From Chromera velia (taxonomy: Eukaryota), in assembly GCA_018398765.1 (NCBI GenBank), contig JAHBMJ010000094.1, forward strand, positions 1 through 57,239: a stretch of 57,239 nt of DNA, read 5' to 3'. Made by a program: the position numbers and the translations under genes. The notes under the pieces are model-generated. The model was not told where the DNA came from. It made no database searches and saw only the letters and a list, made by a program, of their open reading frames with translations. Numbering within the stretch: position 1 is the first letter of the stretch; each line of letters begins with the position of its first letter. Shown in pieces: positions 13,091 to 27,759 of this stretch.

Positions 13091-13602
13091 TTTCTTTTCA
13101 AGCCACTTTTTGTCCTTGTAACGTGCCATTCCTCGAGTGGCCAGCAGACAGAACAACAACGAACGCACACCAGCTGCCAGCTAGACGGAGGGAAGGAGAT
13201 GCCGACCTCCCTCCCTCCCTCCCTCCCTCCCGGTATTGACTTTTCTCCCTTCCTTCTTGCCTGTCTGCTGCCTCTACAACTCTTCCTTGCCAGCTTTCTC
13301 TTTTGTAGAGTGGATTGAAGAGGAGACTCTCCATTCACTGACTCTCACGGAGTCATGGAGAGAGAATGAGACAGTTCACGAGGAACTTGAACGAGTTTTC
13401 ATGCATGAGGCCTGTGCGTGTTCCCCTTCTTCAGTGTGTCTTCTGCCCTGCACGTATGGAAGCAGATGTCCAAGACGAGTTGGCGGACATTCCACGTGAT
13501 GAATGGACGCGGAGAGTTGACCAAAAGAGACGCGCTGCAGCTATAGCCAGCGGTGATCAGAGGGCTTTGGAAATTCTGGGAAAGGCCCCTACCACAGCAT
13601 AG
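6013..13602 (+). CDS. nusG: Plastid-targeted NusG-like (NGN + KOW) protein, ~691 aa, with acidic insert and C-terminal extension
   Basis: 14 exons join in frame to 2076 nt: 6013-6302, 6791-6859, 7174-7246, 7748-7813, 8392-8441, 8759-9002, 9285-9693, 10000-10127, 10379-10441, 11048-11101, 11458-11549, 12203-12263, 12545-12884, 13466-13602. Signal peptide ends TSA-F followed by an Arg-rich transit region. NGN-like segments: HYWYMVNIN, VVDMWVP, KTLTPGIIFVKMRLDKKLWWAMR. KOW-like segment: LKPGQWVRVLKAPE...IGIVASI...VDVPVGQGG...TVTLDCNDLEVL. Confidence 0.75.
10466..10601. other. Assembly gap (N run) within an intron
   Basis: N run flanked by G tracts; the NusG-like exons on either side are phase-compatible. 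Confidence 0.98.
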
Positions 13603-14494
13603 AACATTTTGTTTGATAATTGTTTTGCTCCTAAGCTGCTCTCGGCTAGCTCCTGGAGCTCGTCGCAGTATTTATGAAGATAAATACTTGTGTAGCTGTA
13701 CGTTATCAATTTACTACTCCTGTTATAATTGCATTAAAATTGTGTTAATGCTAACAATTACTGTGATATATTATTGTTAATTATCAGTTGCCAGAGCTAG
13801 CTAGATTATAGTCCCAACAGTTCCAGAGTTAGTTTTCCTTAACATATAGGTGGCGTACAGGTCAGTATACATAATGATAAGCTGTTAAGCCTGAAATACA
13901 ACAACTATATGCTGCATAACATGTTTTCAATCTATTCAAATCTTATATATACCTCGATGTATACCTATAATCTAAATTATATAAGTAATAAGTGATTTAT
14001 TGGTGCTCTAAAACACTGTCGCCGCTAGTGTCGCCGTTTTATTTTTTAGATTCAATCAATCAATCAGATGTATACTTGTTTTTAGAAACGATGACAAACT
14101 TGAACTTCAAGTCAAAGAATTTGATCGAATTCTCTAGTCAAAATTTTTGAACTGAATTTATCTTGAGTGAAAAGCGTTAGTTTAAAAGGCAGCAGCAGCT
14201 GTAGTACATGCTATGCTATGAGTCGGCTAGTAGTGAATCGGAATCGTGACACAAAATGAAAAAAACAAACTATATTATTACGCACTCACTGGCAGGTACT
14301 AGGGCAGGTAGACAGGCAAACAGAAAGACAAGCAGGCAGGCACTAGGGCAGGTAGGCCTAGAGGTAGGCAGACAGACGTATATACGGACAAGGCAGGCCG
14401 CAGGCAGACTGGCAGAGCCCTAGGCAGAGCCGTGACGACGGATCGACGGTGGAATTCTCTTCTTTTCTTTCTTCCTGTTTTTCACCCTCTGCCT

Positions 14495-14583
14495 TAGTCT
14501 CTCTCTCTCTGTCTCTCCATCTCTCTGTCTCTCTGTCTCTCTGTCGCTCTGTCTCTCTGTCCCTCTGTCCCTCTGTCTCTCTG

Positions 14584-14619
<36 letters not shown>

Positions 14620-14676
14620 CTCTCTCTCTCTCTCTCTCTCTCTCTGTTCTCTCTCTCTCTCTCTCTCTCTCTCTGT

Positions 14677-14705
<29 letters not shown>
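14495..14705. repeat. (CT)n/(CTGT) microsatellite
   Basis: Visible tandem tctctc tract downstream of the Rid gene. Confidence 0.95.
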
Positions 14706-14707
<2 letters not shown>

Positions 14708-15297
14708 TTCGGCACGAGCAGGGACATACAGGGAGAGAGAGAGAGCCTGATCGATGTCAAAGGCAAAAAGAAAGTCCATGTGGACATCGTCAGGCGGAAA
14801 GCTAGGCAGTGAGACAGCCTGGGGCAGACAAAGAGACGGACAGATGCAGAGGCAGGCAGGCAGGCAGGCAGGCAGAAAGGCGGGCAGGCAGGCAGGCGGG
14901 AAAGTGACTGATTGGAACTATCTGCGTACCTTGCCTCTCTTCTTACTCACACACCAGACAAGGATTCAAAGAAAGAACATCGACAGACAGAAAATATATG
15001 ATCTCACGGACACAATGATGCATAGACAGGGAGGGCAGACGGACGAACAGACAGACGGGCCGACGGACAGCTCACGCAAGGAGATCGAATCAACGGATCA
15101 GTCTGGATTTTTCGGTCCACCGGCTCTGTTCAACCTTTTTCTGTCAAGCCGCTCTTTTCAGGAAAGCACAGGGCTCTTTTCTGTCTCTTCAACTCACAAT
15201 TTCATCTAGAAAAATTCTCTTTGCAAGGACCCTTTCATCAATTAACTGCCCCTCGTCGTTCTCCATTCGGACTTCCCTTCTTGTCCCCGCTGTTCGG

Positions 15298-15957
15298 TCA
15301 GTCCCGTACTCGCACCTCAAGATCCACTGTCACAGCAGCTGCCAGAGACCCAGACCCCAGACACGTCCTCACCCCCTTTCCCCGCTCTTCTCCAAGAACA
15401 TCACACAGCACGTCGCAACACCCGTCTATCACCTTCCCATGCCCACTAAAGTCCGGCGTTCCATTCACAACGCCCACTAATTTGATCACCTGCGCGCAAA
15501 TACACAGAAAAAGAATAAACAAGCACCGTTCTTCATTTTGAAGCCTCAGTTCAGAGAGAATGCATGCATGCTCGTTGGAATGCGTTCCTGGCTGCACAGG
15601 ACTCGCTGTCACTGCACAGTCAAGAATCAGAAGGCACACATGCACACATACAAATCAGTACATGCACTGTCATACCTGCTCCACTCGATCCAGGTCCCCT
15701 CCTAGGTGGTGACTCAGTGTGGACAGGAGACGGAGGCCTGCGTTCCGAGCTAAAGTCTCAGCTTGGACCGGAGAAATCGTGGCCAGGTCCCCTTCCCCGA
15801 CCTTTCCCGGCACCAGCTTTCCGTTTTCATCCATGCCAAAGTGGGTGCTTGTGAGCAGTCTGTTCCCATCACGGATGCACTTCCGGTAGGTGCCGACTGC
15901 TTCCTGAAAGACGGGCAGCACAATTCCCAATTCACGGAGACGGGCTGCAGTTGCCAT
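15298..15957 (-). CDS. Rid/YjgF/YER057c/UK114-family protein (bacterial Rid1-like), 2 exons, ~157 aa
   Basis: Exons 15957-15676 and 15489-15298 (gtatga...cag, phase 0). MATAARLRELGIVLP...AVGTY, GKVG, LGGDLDRVEQVIKLVGVVNGTPDF, VIDGCCDVL..VLGEERGKGVRTCLGSGSL..VTVDLEV match the Rid1-type pattern, with Arg at the catalytic position. Confidence 0.85.
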
Positions 15958-16528
15958 GCCTCAAACCTGTTTGCCGTTCGTTCGTTCACCTGAAGGAATC
16001 ACGATCCAACGGGGTTCAGTAGTGACTTGCGGAATTCCGCATTAAAGTTCGGCCGAGGCTTGACTTATGAGAAAAATATTCAGAAAAGGAACCACCGAGC
16101 TCGGTCGACGGTCGATCATCGATCCGCAGAAACAAAGTGGGCGCCGCGGGGGGCCCGCGGCTGCACGGGCCGAGTGGCCGCGGGCCGGGCCGTGCAGAAA
16201 GCCCAAAATTGTGCGGTTCGGGACCGCGGGGGCGCATGCACACCTCAAAATTCGCCTCACTGCACGGGCGAACCGCGTGGACTGCGATTTTGGTGTCGAC
16301 CAAAGAAGAGATTTTGTGTGAGAATTGTGGTGGGAAGAAGAAACCGACAAATCCTTCTGCTTAGTTTCCTGTACATTCGTGTCTTGACTCTCCTTCGTAC
16401 ACAAAGAGAAACCCGATCGAAAGTTTGTTCGTCTTTGCTGTTTGTAAAAGTTTTGGGTGGACGAAGGAGAAAGGTCCCTTTCTTCTCCAAGCTTCTTGTC
16501 CTGATTCCTTTGCACTTCCGGTGACAAA
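15958..16528. promoter_or_regulatory. Putative bidirectional promoter/5'UTRs (Rid / Ran)
   Basis: 571 bp between divergent ATGs; GC-rich core ~16140-16235; palindrome tgcggaattccgca near 16028. Confidence 0.6.
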
Positions 16529-19287
<2,759 letters not shown>

Positions 19288-21089
19288 ACGTGCTCGTGTG
19301 GACCGGGGGGTGTAGTCAATCAAAGAAGAGAAAACGCGTTTGTCTGTCCTACTGGCTGTGGTAGATGTTGGAAGGGTGTGGGGGGGCGCTTTGAAAGGAG
19401 GCTTGCAGGAAGGGAAGAAGTGGGCCTCCCTCCCAGTGGTCTCTCTCTCTTCCCTTTCCCTGTGATTTGATGTGTTTTGGTCTGAAGGGGCCCGTCTTCC
19501 CTTTTTGAAGGAAGGAGAAAGAATGGGTGAGGAAAAAGGAAGGATGCAGTGTGGGAAGGGGGGGGAAGGGTTGGGGGGGTAATTACGTGGACAGCCTGCA
19601 TGTGGCCAATCCATTCATGCCTTTGCTGTCTGTCCACCCTTTCGTTTGTGAACAAATAAGTGTCCTGACTGCTCTTTCTCTCTTCCTCTTCTTGCTTCAT
19701 AGCGCAACCGATAGTCGTTTCCTCTCTTTCTTTCTGCCTTTCTTTCTTTCCTTTTGTCTGTTGGGGTGAAAGAGACGGCGGTTCTGAGGAGGCCAAGAGA
19801 TGACAACCAATCAGACCATGTGGCATGAAGACGAGAAAAAAAAAAGAAAAAAGAAAAGAAGGGAAAGTCCAAGGAAGGAAGGAAGGAAGGAAGGAGTGAA
19901 CTCTCCCCTTCGAGCTCGTTCGGCAGTGTGTTGCGGGGGGGGGGGAGAAGGGAGGGAGGGGAAGGAAGCAAGAGGGGGGAGGAGGATTGGCGACATGCTG
20001 TCTCCTTCTTTGTTGCTCTTGCTCCCCTCTGAGCGACCTAAATGGAACAAAAGCAAGTCGGTGGAGGAGAGAGAAAATCATGCGTCGGCAAAAGTACCCC
20101 CCAAAGTTTTTTGTCTTCAACCACAGAGACTCCAAAGAACTTCCCTTCCCAATCCTGGTTGCGTCGTGTATCCAACAAAGAGAAGAAGAGGGATTGGGGA
20201 AAACGACATTCATTTAATATCCCCTCGACTGCCCTTTCTCCCTCCCCCTTTCTCTTCTTACTTTCTTGTGCCGTCTTCCCTCTTTCTAACGTGTCTTGTT
20301 TCTTACCGTTCCCTTCCAGCAGACTTCGGAGACGTTCAGGGGGAGCCTCAAAAGCTGTCTTCTTTCTCTCCATGCTTTTGTTCACCTAGCAGTCAGAGGC
20401 CAATTTAAGAAAAGAAGTGATCGAATCTTCCCTTCCTTCATCGTCGCTCAATCGATCCGAGTCCTCGACCTGCATGCACCTTCTATGATAACCCATGCAT
20501 CGCAATCTGCTCAAGAGGGAAGAAGGCTTCAAGAAGCGCTCATCTGCACCTTCGAAAAGAAACGAAATTCATTCAACCTGATCATCAGGCCACAGCGTCT
20601 TTGTCTTTACACATTGAAGACGATCACTGCAGTTGTCATTGCATAAACAACTTTTAGCACATTTTTAAGAATATGTTAAATGATATATAACCGCTAGCCT
20701 CCTAGCCGTTCGTAACCGTAAATTTCTTGTAGTCGGCTCTAGGCGTGGTTTATACATACATATATACATTAAATTCTGTTCATCAAGAATGTATGCATGT
20801 ATATATGTAATGTATGTAAACTAATGTTGTAAAAGTCATTTTCAAAACCAAATTCCTGATAATGCCTAGGACAATGCCAGTTAAGTTCCTACTCAAGTTT
20901 ATACAGTCAGTTTAGTAGTTGGTCTATTAGCAAACTAGTGATAATTTAACACTGACAAACAAGGAGAGGACTTATATGCTGAGCTAGACCTGAGCTAGAA
21001 ATTAAATTTAATTTAGTTTTTTTAGCTAAATACTCCATGCAAAAAGCTGGTATAAAAACTTATTATTAAAAAGTTTAAGTAGGAGTCAC

Positions 21090-21835
21090 TACACTGTAGG
21101 ATAGCTGACAGTATGGTTTCAAAGCAAACAAAACGGACATTCCATCGATGGATTCGGTTTTCTGTACACAACGAAGAGCCTCCAACTTCATTGATCTGTT
21201 CTTAGATTCCAGAAAAACTCCTTTTGATAGTCAGATGCTACTTACCGACTTCACAACGTCAATAATTCCTAATTATTCCAGGACCTTTGTTGCTGCTCTC
21301 TCCTCCTGTCATCGGTTTTTCCCCTTTCTCCCACCTTCTGCATTAAGAGCCATAGCTGTAGCTGCAGCTGCAGAGGTTGCAGTAGGCTGAGCACTCACCA
21401 GTGGCTGTACATAATCTCTCTCCGTCTTCATCCATACAATGGTCTTCTCCATTAAAATAGAAGCCTCATAGTCACTCTCACCAGGCCCGCCCACTCTGAC
21501 TCTATCTGATGGCGTTGCCTTGGCTAGCTAAAAAATTTTATGAGCAGCGCCGCTGCACCAGTCAAGTTTGAGTCTCTCTGTCACTTCTGTTCTGTATTCA
21601 AGATGAGACTAATCGCTTCGAGCTCTTTCTCCTGGTTAAGCACAACTAGCCGCCCAAACTTGTCCTTCCCCCCTTCTTCTTCTGCGTTGACTTTGATTAG
21701 CACAGGGCGACACTCTTCTTTTTTCTTACCTTCTCCGTTTGTCACCGTCCATGGCTCCCAGTCTTTATCAGACTCTGAATCCGATTCCCTCTGTGTTACT
21801 ACCTCTGTTACTATTTTTTTGAGCATAGTCTTTAT
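21090..21835 (-). pseudogene. Decayed intronless ORF of unknown origin (TE- or gene-derived)
   Basis: Coding-like text (ESDSESDKDWEPW...KELEAISLILN, GGPGESDYEASILMEKTIVW...) continues across several stop codons inside an AT-rich island. Confidence 0.4.
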
Positions 21836-22699
21836 ATACATTGTGTATACATTATATTGAATTTCTCCAAGTGCAGAATGTATGTAAGAATGTATGTATG
21901 TATAAACCACGCCTAGAGTCGGCTTACTTGAAAAGCTAGCTCGAAAGTCAAAGAACAATCAACTAGACAATGAATTATTGAAAAGGTTTAGCTAAATTAT
22001 CATCCTACATGTCATCGTCGTCCGTCCATTACCATCCATTTGGCATTTCTGAATTTCTAACATTAGAGATAGATCAGTCAAGGCACTATAGGATCAGCCA
22101 GTCCTCCCCAGCGTGCATTCAAAGTTTCAGCTTTATATTAATATAGACAACCTCTAGCTTAAGGACGGTTTACATACCTAGCTGTATGCGTACTACAGCG
22201 TACATACGCTACAAAATATCATGATATAAACAAATTACGCTTAGTAGAAATTATAACCCAACTGTATAGTTACTCAGACTGTACAACAGACTGTCAACAG
22301 TCTAGGTCAACAGTACGTACAAGCTAAATTAATTACTGAAGAATAGTAACAATAATAATAGTAAATTTAATAGGTCAATAGACTTCTATAGTGACTCTTA
22401 TTTGGACAGCTGGACCTCCAGGTGTATCTCAGTGTTCCTCCTTATTCGAGTCTAACATCATCTCTTGTACAATCCTTTGACATACCCACTTGACTGGGGA
22501 TGCGTAGTCTTCATACTTTTTGATATGCAAATGTGCTGCAGTCCGCGGCGAGCTCTCATCTGTGTGTTTTAAAGCACAGTCTTATCACTGTCCTCCTACT
22601 CTTTTTGAAAGATTTGTGAGTATTGGACCCACAGCCTCTCCACCCTTTCCTTCAGAGCATCTCGTCAATGAACAAGACCCTTACCGTCCTAACCCAATA

Positions 22700-23646
22700 T
22701 CCAACGAGGATACCCTGGCTTGAGCTCTGCATCCAGCCTTTTGCAGCTCGTTGAGTCTAAGCCCGTAATGTGCCATTTCTTTTTTGAGGGCTCTCGTTAA
22801 TGCAGACAAGCCCCCGTCGCGGAAAGAGCTTTATTTGTCCGTGGGGCAGGACCTTGAGGGAGAATTCAAAAGCGACGTGAACGCGGCATTTGTTGCCACT
22901 CTTCACGTCGGTTGATTAGCGGCCCTCACGGGCCTCAGTTTTTATCAATGGATAGGGCGCAGAGATGAAAAAGAGAGAGGCGAATGTTGGAGTGCACTGT
23001 GTAGTGCTCTCGGCAGTGGTCAGCTGCCCCTCCTCACGCGGCTCGACTTAGACAAACAGGAGTTACGGGACAACGATCTCGTTTTATTGGGGGATGCGGT
23101 AAGGAAAGGGGGGTTGGCTAGCATAGAGAGGCTGAATTTGAGCGACAACAGATTTGGAAGAGAGGGAATGAAGAGTTTGTTTTCTACTGTATGTGAGCCG
23201 ACAAAGAGGCTGCCTAACTTTGCCGTCCTTAACCTCATGAGAAGCATCAAAGGAAAGTGGCGTTGTACAGCCCTTGGCAATAGCGCTTAGGGCAGGGAAA
23301 CTGCAGAACTTGAACAGTCTCTAGCTTTCATACTGTCAACTGGGTGTTGAAGGCCATCGTATTCTCGGTGAAGCATTTGCCTCGAACCCCTGTCTAAGTC
23401 TGACTAGGCTGGATCTGGAACTCAAACTGGGGAACTATCGAATTGAAGAGGAAGGGGAAGCATGTTTCTCAGCATTTATTGCGGCCCTCACACTTGTATC
23501 CAGGGACCTTACCCAATCTGACTCAGCTTATTTTGTTTTTCAGTGGTCTGCTGCAAGCGATAAGCAACGCTTTGCTTCATGAGGCGCACGCAGCTGGAAA
23601 GTTACACTCTAGCTGTACCCTATACATATCCAAGTCATCATTGTAA
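22700..23646 (+). pseudogene. Degraded RNI-like leucine-rich-repeat gene fragment
   Basis: LxxLxLxxNx-like units: LTRLDLDKQELRDNDLVLLGDAV, IERLNLSDNRFGREGMKSL, LQNLNSL*LSYCQLGVEG, LTRLDLEL, LPNLTQLIL. These are broken by stops and frameshifts; no introns evident. Confidence 0.7.
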
Positions 23647-24043
23647 TTAACTGAGTTTTGTTTCATTGGCAAAGGCTACTGCATGATTCTACTGCAGTCT
23701 TAAAATTGGTTGATTCTAAGATTGATTTAATTATTTTATATTATAATTTTAATAGTTTAACATTATATAATCATAGTTTCAATATATAGCTTCAATCACT
23801 TTACCTAGTATTGTGGAGTCCTACCCTGTAGCACCGCCTTTTGAGCCTTCACATGCGCCATGACTGAGTGAGCCAGCGTGCCGCGCCACATTCCGCCGCC
23901 GCGCTTTGCTTCGTATGTGTCGCACGCGTCGATCAAAATCGTTAAAATCGAGTCTGACCTTCGTATTCAAGCATGCAATATGTCACTCGAGCAACGGATA
24001 GCATCGTTTGAGTCTGATGTCTGTTTGGCATAGATCAAGAATC

Positions 24044-26055
24044 TGAGAGAGAGGAATGAGTAGAAACTGTACATGATAGAATGAATGCAGCTGATTGGAA
24101 TACTAGATCGCGCTAGCGCTTAAACTGATATACTATTAGAGCCAAACCTTCTGTAAACTGTTGCTTAAGTTAGTGTTGCATACGTTCCTTCTCTAAATCT
24201 TCTTAAGGTTCTTGTCCTCGCTTTACCTTCTGTCTGGACGTCATAAGGTGGCCGGACAGGAGGGACAAAGCATTGTGGTGAACGCTCAGCTCGATGAGTG
24301 TCGACTCTCGTGTAGCTTCTGTGATGGAGATCAGACCTGTCCTTTTGCGCAACAGTTGGAAACCGATTATAACGATACGGGCACGGTCAGGCAAAGACTG
24401 TGAGTAGGGGAATTCAGCATCCCCTTGCGTCCCAAGCTGCCTGGAGCCCTCTTTTAGATATCCCCTTTGAGTCCGATCCTGGACTTTGCCTTTGTCCTTG
24501 GGTGGAGAGCCCGAACATCCTTGGAGGTCGCCAAAGCCGATGGTGGAGACGTTGTTTGGTGTTGCTCGGGACTTTGAGGAGCCTGATTTCATTAAAAATG
24601 CCGCCTACGAGCAGATCGCAATCCAAATGGCCAGTAGAGTGCTTTTTTTATGTCTTTTAATTCTGCAACTGTCTCCATCTTTCGGACGAGTGTCGGCTGA
24701 TCACCTTCACTTGTCTTTGTTATTGGTTGCTTGCTTGTCTGCGCGAGGCTGACCACCTTCGTGGCCTGCAAACACCTCCAGCGTGTCTGGGTCTGCCTGG
24801 ACTGGTCCTCCGGCAGCGTCCAAATACAAGAAGACGCCCTTCGTCTCTCTATGTGCCTGCAATGCTGCCATTTTCTTCAAAGAGAAAACTTGTTGCTTCT
24901 GGCTGTCCGGGCGTCGTGCGGATCGTTTGATGAGTGACCGTTCGATCGAGTGCGTGAGACTCTGTATGTATATTAAACAGACAGAAGGGACAGGTGGTGG
25001 CGTACCACATGGACCAACGCAGTGACGGCCAGTGTGCTAGCCGGGGAAGGCCTTCTGCTCTGGGATCCCGACGCGGCGAGCCTGGAGTAGGAAGGAGGGG
25101 GAAGTAAGGAAGGGGTACAAAATGACATCGAGCCTGCTCTCGACGACAAGAAAGGCAGAAGGGTCGTGGCAGACCTACCGAGAGACAGAGTAGGGCACAC
25201 GGCAGCTGCCGCCTCGTCTCTCGCCGGCGTCGGCACATTTTCCACTAACAGAGAAGGGAAGGGGAGGGAGAAGGGGGGGGAAGGAGGAGGAGGGGGTGAA
25301 AGCGGGGGACAAAGGGAAAGGGAAAGGGCGGAAAGAGGGGGTTCTTCAGGGTGGGGGGGGGCGAATCGAATCGAGGCTGGCCGAAAGCATGCAAAGTAGT
25401 AGTAAGTAAAACGACCGTGACTGAGCGTGACTGAAGTGTCTGCGTGGGGCTGCCGGCCTTTTGCCCGGAGTTAAGAGTTCATATATTGAAAGGAGCAGCA
25501 AGGGGATGAAACGAGACAGAAAGAAGAGACGACATAAAGAGAAACCAGTGGGGCAGTCTGCAATATGTCTGGTCCCTTCCCTCCCTCCCTTTATGCAGTT
25601 ACTGACACGCGCGGAGTGTGTTTGTGCTCGACGAGACCGTCAAGTCCTTCTATCGATGAGAACTCCAACTCGATTGCCTACCCCTACGTTAGCTATGTAT
25701 GAAAAGGGCAGAGGACTGCCTGATTGTCGCCGCCATATGCTTATGCCTGCACGTGCCTGCGACTGCCTGTGACCGCCCTTGCGCCCCTGCACTAAACTCG
25801 GGAGAAGGATTGAGTAATGCAGTGACGGCCAGTGAGAGAGAGGAATGAGTAGAAACTGTGCATGATAGAATGAACGCAGCTGATTGGAATACTAGATCGC
25901 GCTAGCGCTTAAACTGATATAGAGCCAAACCTTCTGTAAACTGTTGCTTGAGTTATTGTTGCACACGTTCCTTCTCTAGATCTTCCTAAGGTTCTTGTCC
26001 TCGTTTTACCTTCTATCTAGACGCCATAAGGTGGCCGGATAGGAGGGATAAAGCA
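24044..26055 (-). mobile_element. Non-autonomous LTR-like element with ~225-bp direct terminal repeats
   Basis: Direct repeats 24044-24272 and 25833-26055, both TG...CA (13 substitutions and one 6-nt indel). On the minus strand TGGCCGTCACTGC (PBS-like) begins 1 nt inside the repeat. No intact ORF, PPT or TSD found, so orientation is tentative. Confidence 0.65.
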
Positions 26056-27759
26056 GCATTTTATATATATTCTGGATAAATTTAATTTGTTGGATCAAAT
26101 GAATTTAAAATTCATAAAAATCAAAACTCTGAAGCTCTAGTTGAAGTATACTTGGACTTTAAGAGTTACTCAGATAGCGCAGTAACTTTAGGGTCCACGA
26201 CCCCCTAAAGTTACCGTACTTTAGTAACTTCAACAGTTGCCTTTAAGTTACTAGAGTATAATAGAAAGGTTATGCTATCATAGTAAAACATATAGAGGTC
26301 TAGAATTGTCTTCACAACACCCTATGAAGGGGCGTTGTAGGCTTTGTGTCTATATAGCGCCTTAGGGGGGGGGCATCGGCCTTCAGCCGATGACTATATA
26401 CAATGCTCCTGTAGAGGTGTAGGGGCATTCACGAAGCGCTTTCTGGGGTAATAGACAAGCTATCAAACGTCATCAAAAGCCTGATCACGATGTCTTTTTT
26501 CTTGTATAAATAAAAAGAGTAAAAAACTAGGCTTGGATTCAATATATACATATATATATCTTTAGACTTTCCCTCATATAATAATATAAATATAATATAA
26601 TATGATATAACATCTATATAAATTAGCAAAAAGAGCTAGTGCTTTAGATATGATCGCCTTCAAGATCTACTTCTTACACGAATCTTTTGGCAGTACCCTA
26701 GAGTAGTCTTTGTCTTCCTTGGATGTCTTACATCACCACAAATGGATGGACATCGATACTACAGGCTGTCACATACATGCTTTGACGTGCATATATTTTC
26801 ATGCATTTGTATTGCGGGCAGACATTTTCTCGGTGCGCGCCTTTGCGATTAAATTTGCCCGTTTTTGTCTTTCTTTCCCTCACAATTCAACCCTAGATTC
26901 AACTACATCTTTCATCTAGATAGAGCAACCTCCCTCCAAATCCTTTTCAAAAACCGCCTCATCAACCAAAAAGACGCGTCATCACCAGATTTTGTAGGCT
27001 AGATCTTCATTCTCTAACTCATCTCCTTCAATCATCTTCAATCTAATCTTCATCTTCTGATATTACATTAATAAGTTTATATTATATTATATTACATTAT
27101 ATTATATTAGCGTTTTGTCTGAAATATAATATATATTGAATCCGAGCCTAAGTAAAAAAGAGTGATCAACAAAAATGTGAGTGAGATTGCTTTGATCTTC
27201 GCAGCTAGGCTGTAGCTGACCATAATTAGTGTAGACTTTGATGATTATTGGTAAACCTAGCTCATATTTTAAGCAATGAAGGAGTGTGGCACTACAACAC
27301 AACACAACACCCTAGGGGCGTTGCCCCTAAGGCAAAACTCCTTTATATACACCGCCTTTATGATATAGCCCCTAGGAACATCCCTATATACTACGCCACC
27401 CTCCCTCCCGTATCTAGACCCCTATAGTAAAACTAGTGTGTACATAGTTTTTTTTACTAGAGTGACACTGTTTTAAAATGTTTTCTCTGCTTCAGACATG
27501 CGACAAAATGATTTAAAGCTATATCAACTGAATTTAGTTTAAGATAATAGATTAATTAATACTATCACTTCAGAGTCTTTTTTGAAGCGGCTTGAACTTT
27601 CAAGTGGTACTTAGGTTCAGGGAAGTCGTTATTAAAGCACGAACTATACTGTGTTATAATGACTCTATCAGCTCAATTAGTTCAATTTAGTATCGATCTC
27701 AACCACCTATGAGCTCTCCATGTCTTCCCATGACCTTGCCTTTTCCGTTAGGAGCGGCT

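Noticed and set aside
24380..24420. THSLCLT on the minus strand, resembling a tyrosine recombinase HSLR motif
   Set aside because: A single short motif amid stop codons, with no other catalytic motifs recognisable.
25019..25420. GACGGCCAGTG and GTAAAACGAC resemble halves of the M13 forward primer site
   Set aside because: The matches are short, separated and in the wrong order, with no other vector sequence; the 16-mer is better explained as a PBS-like motif.
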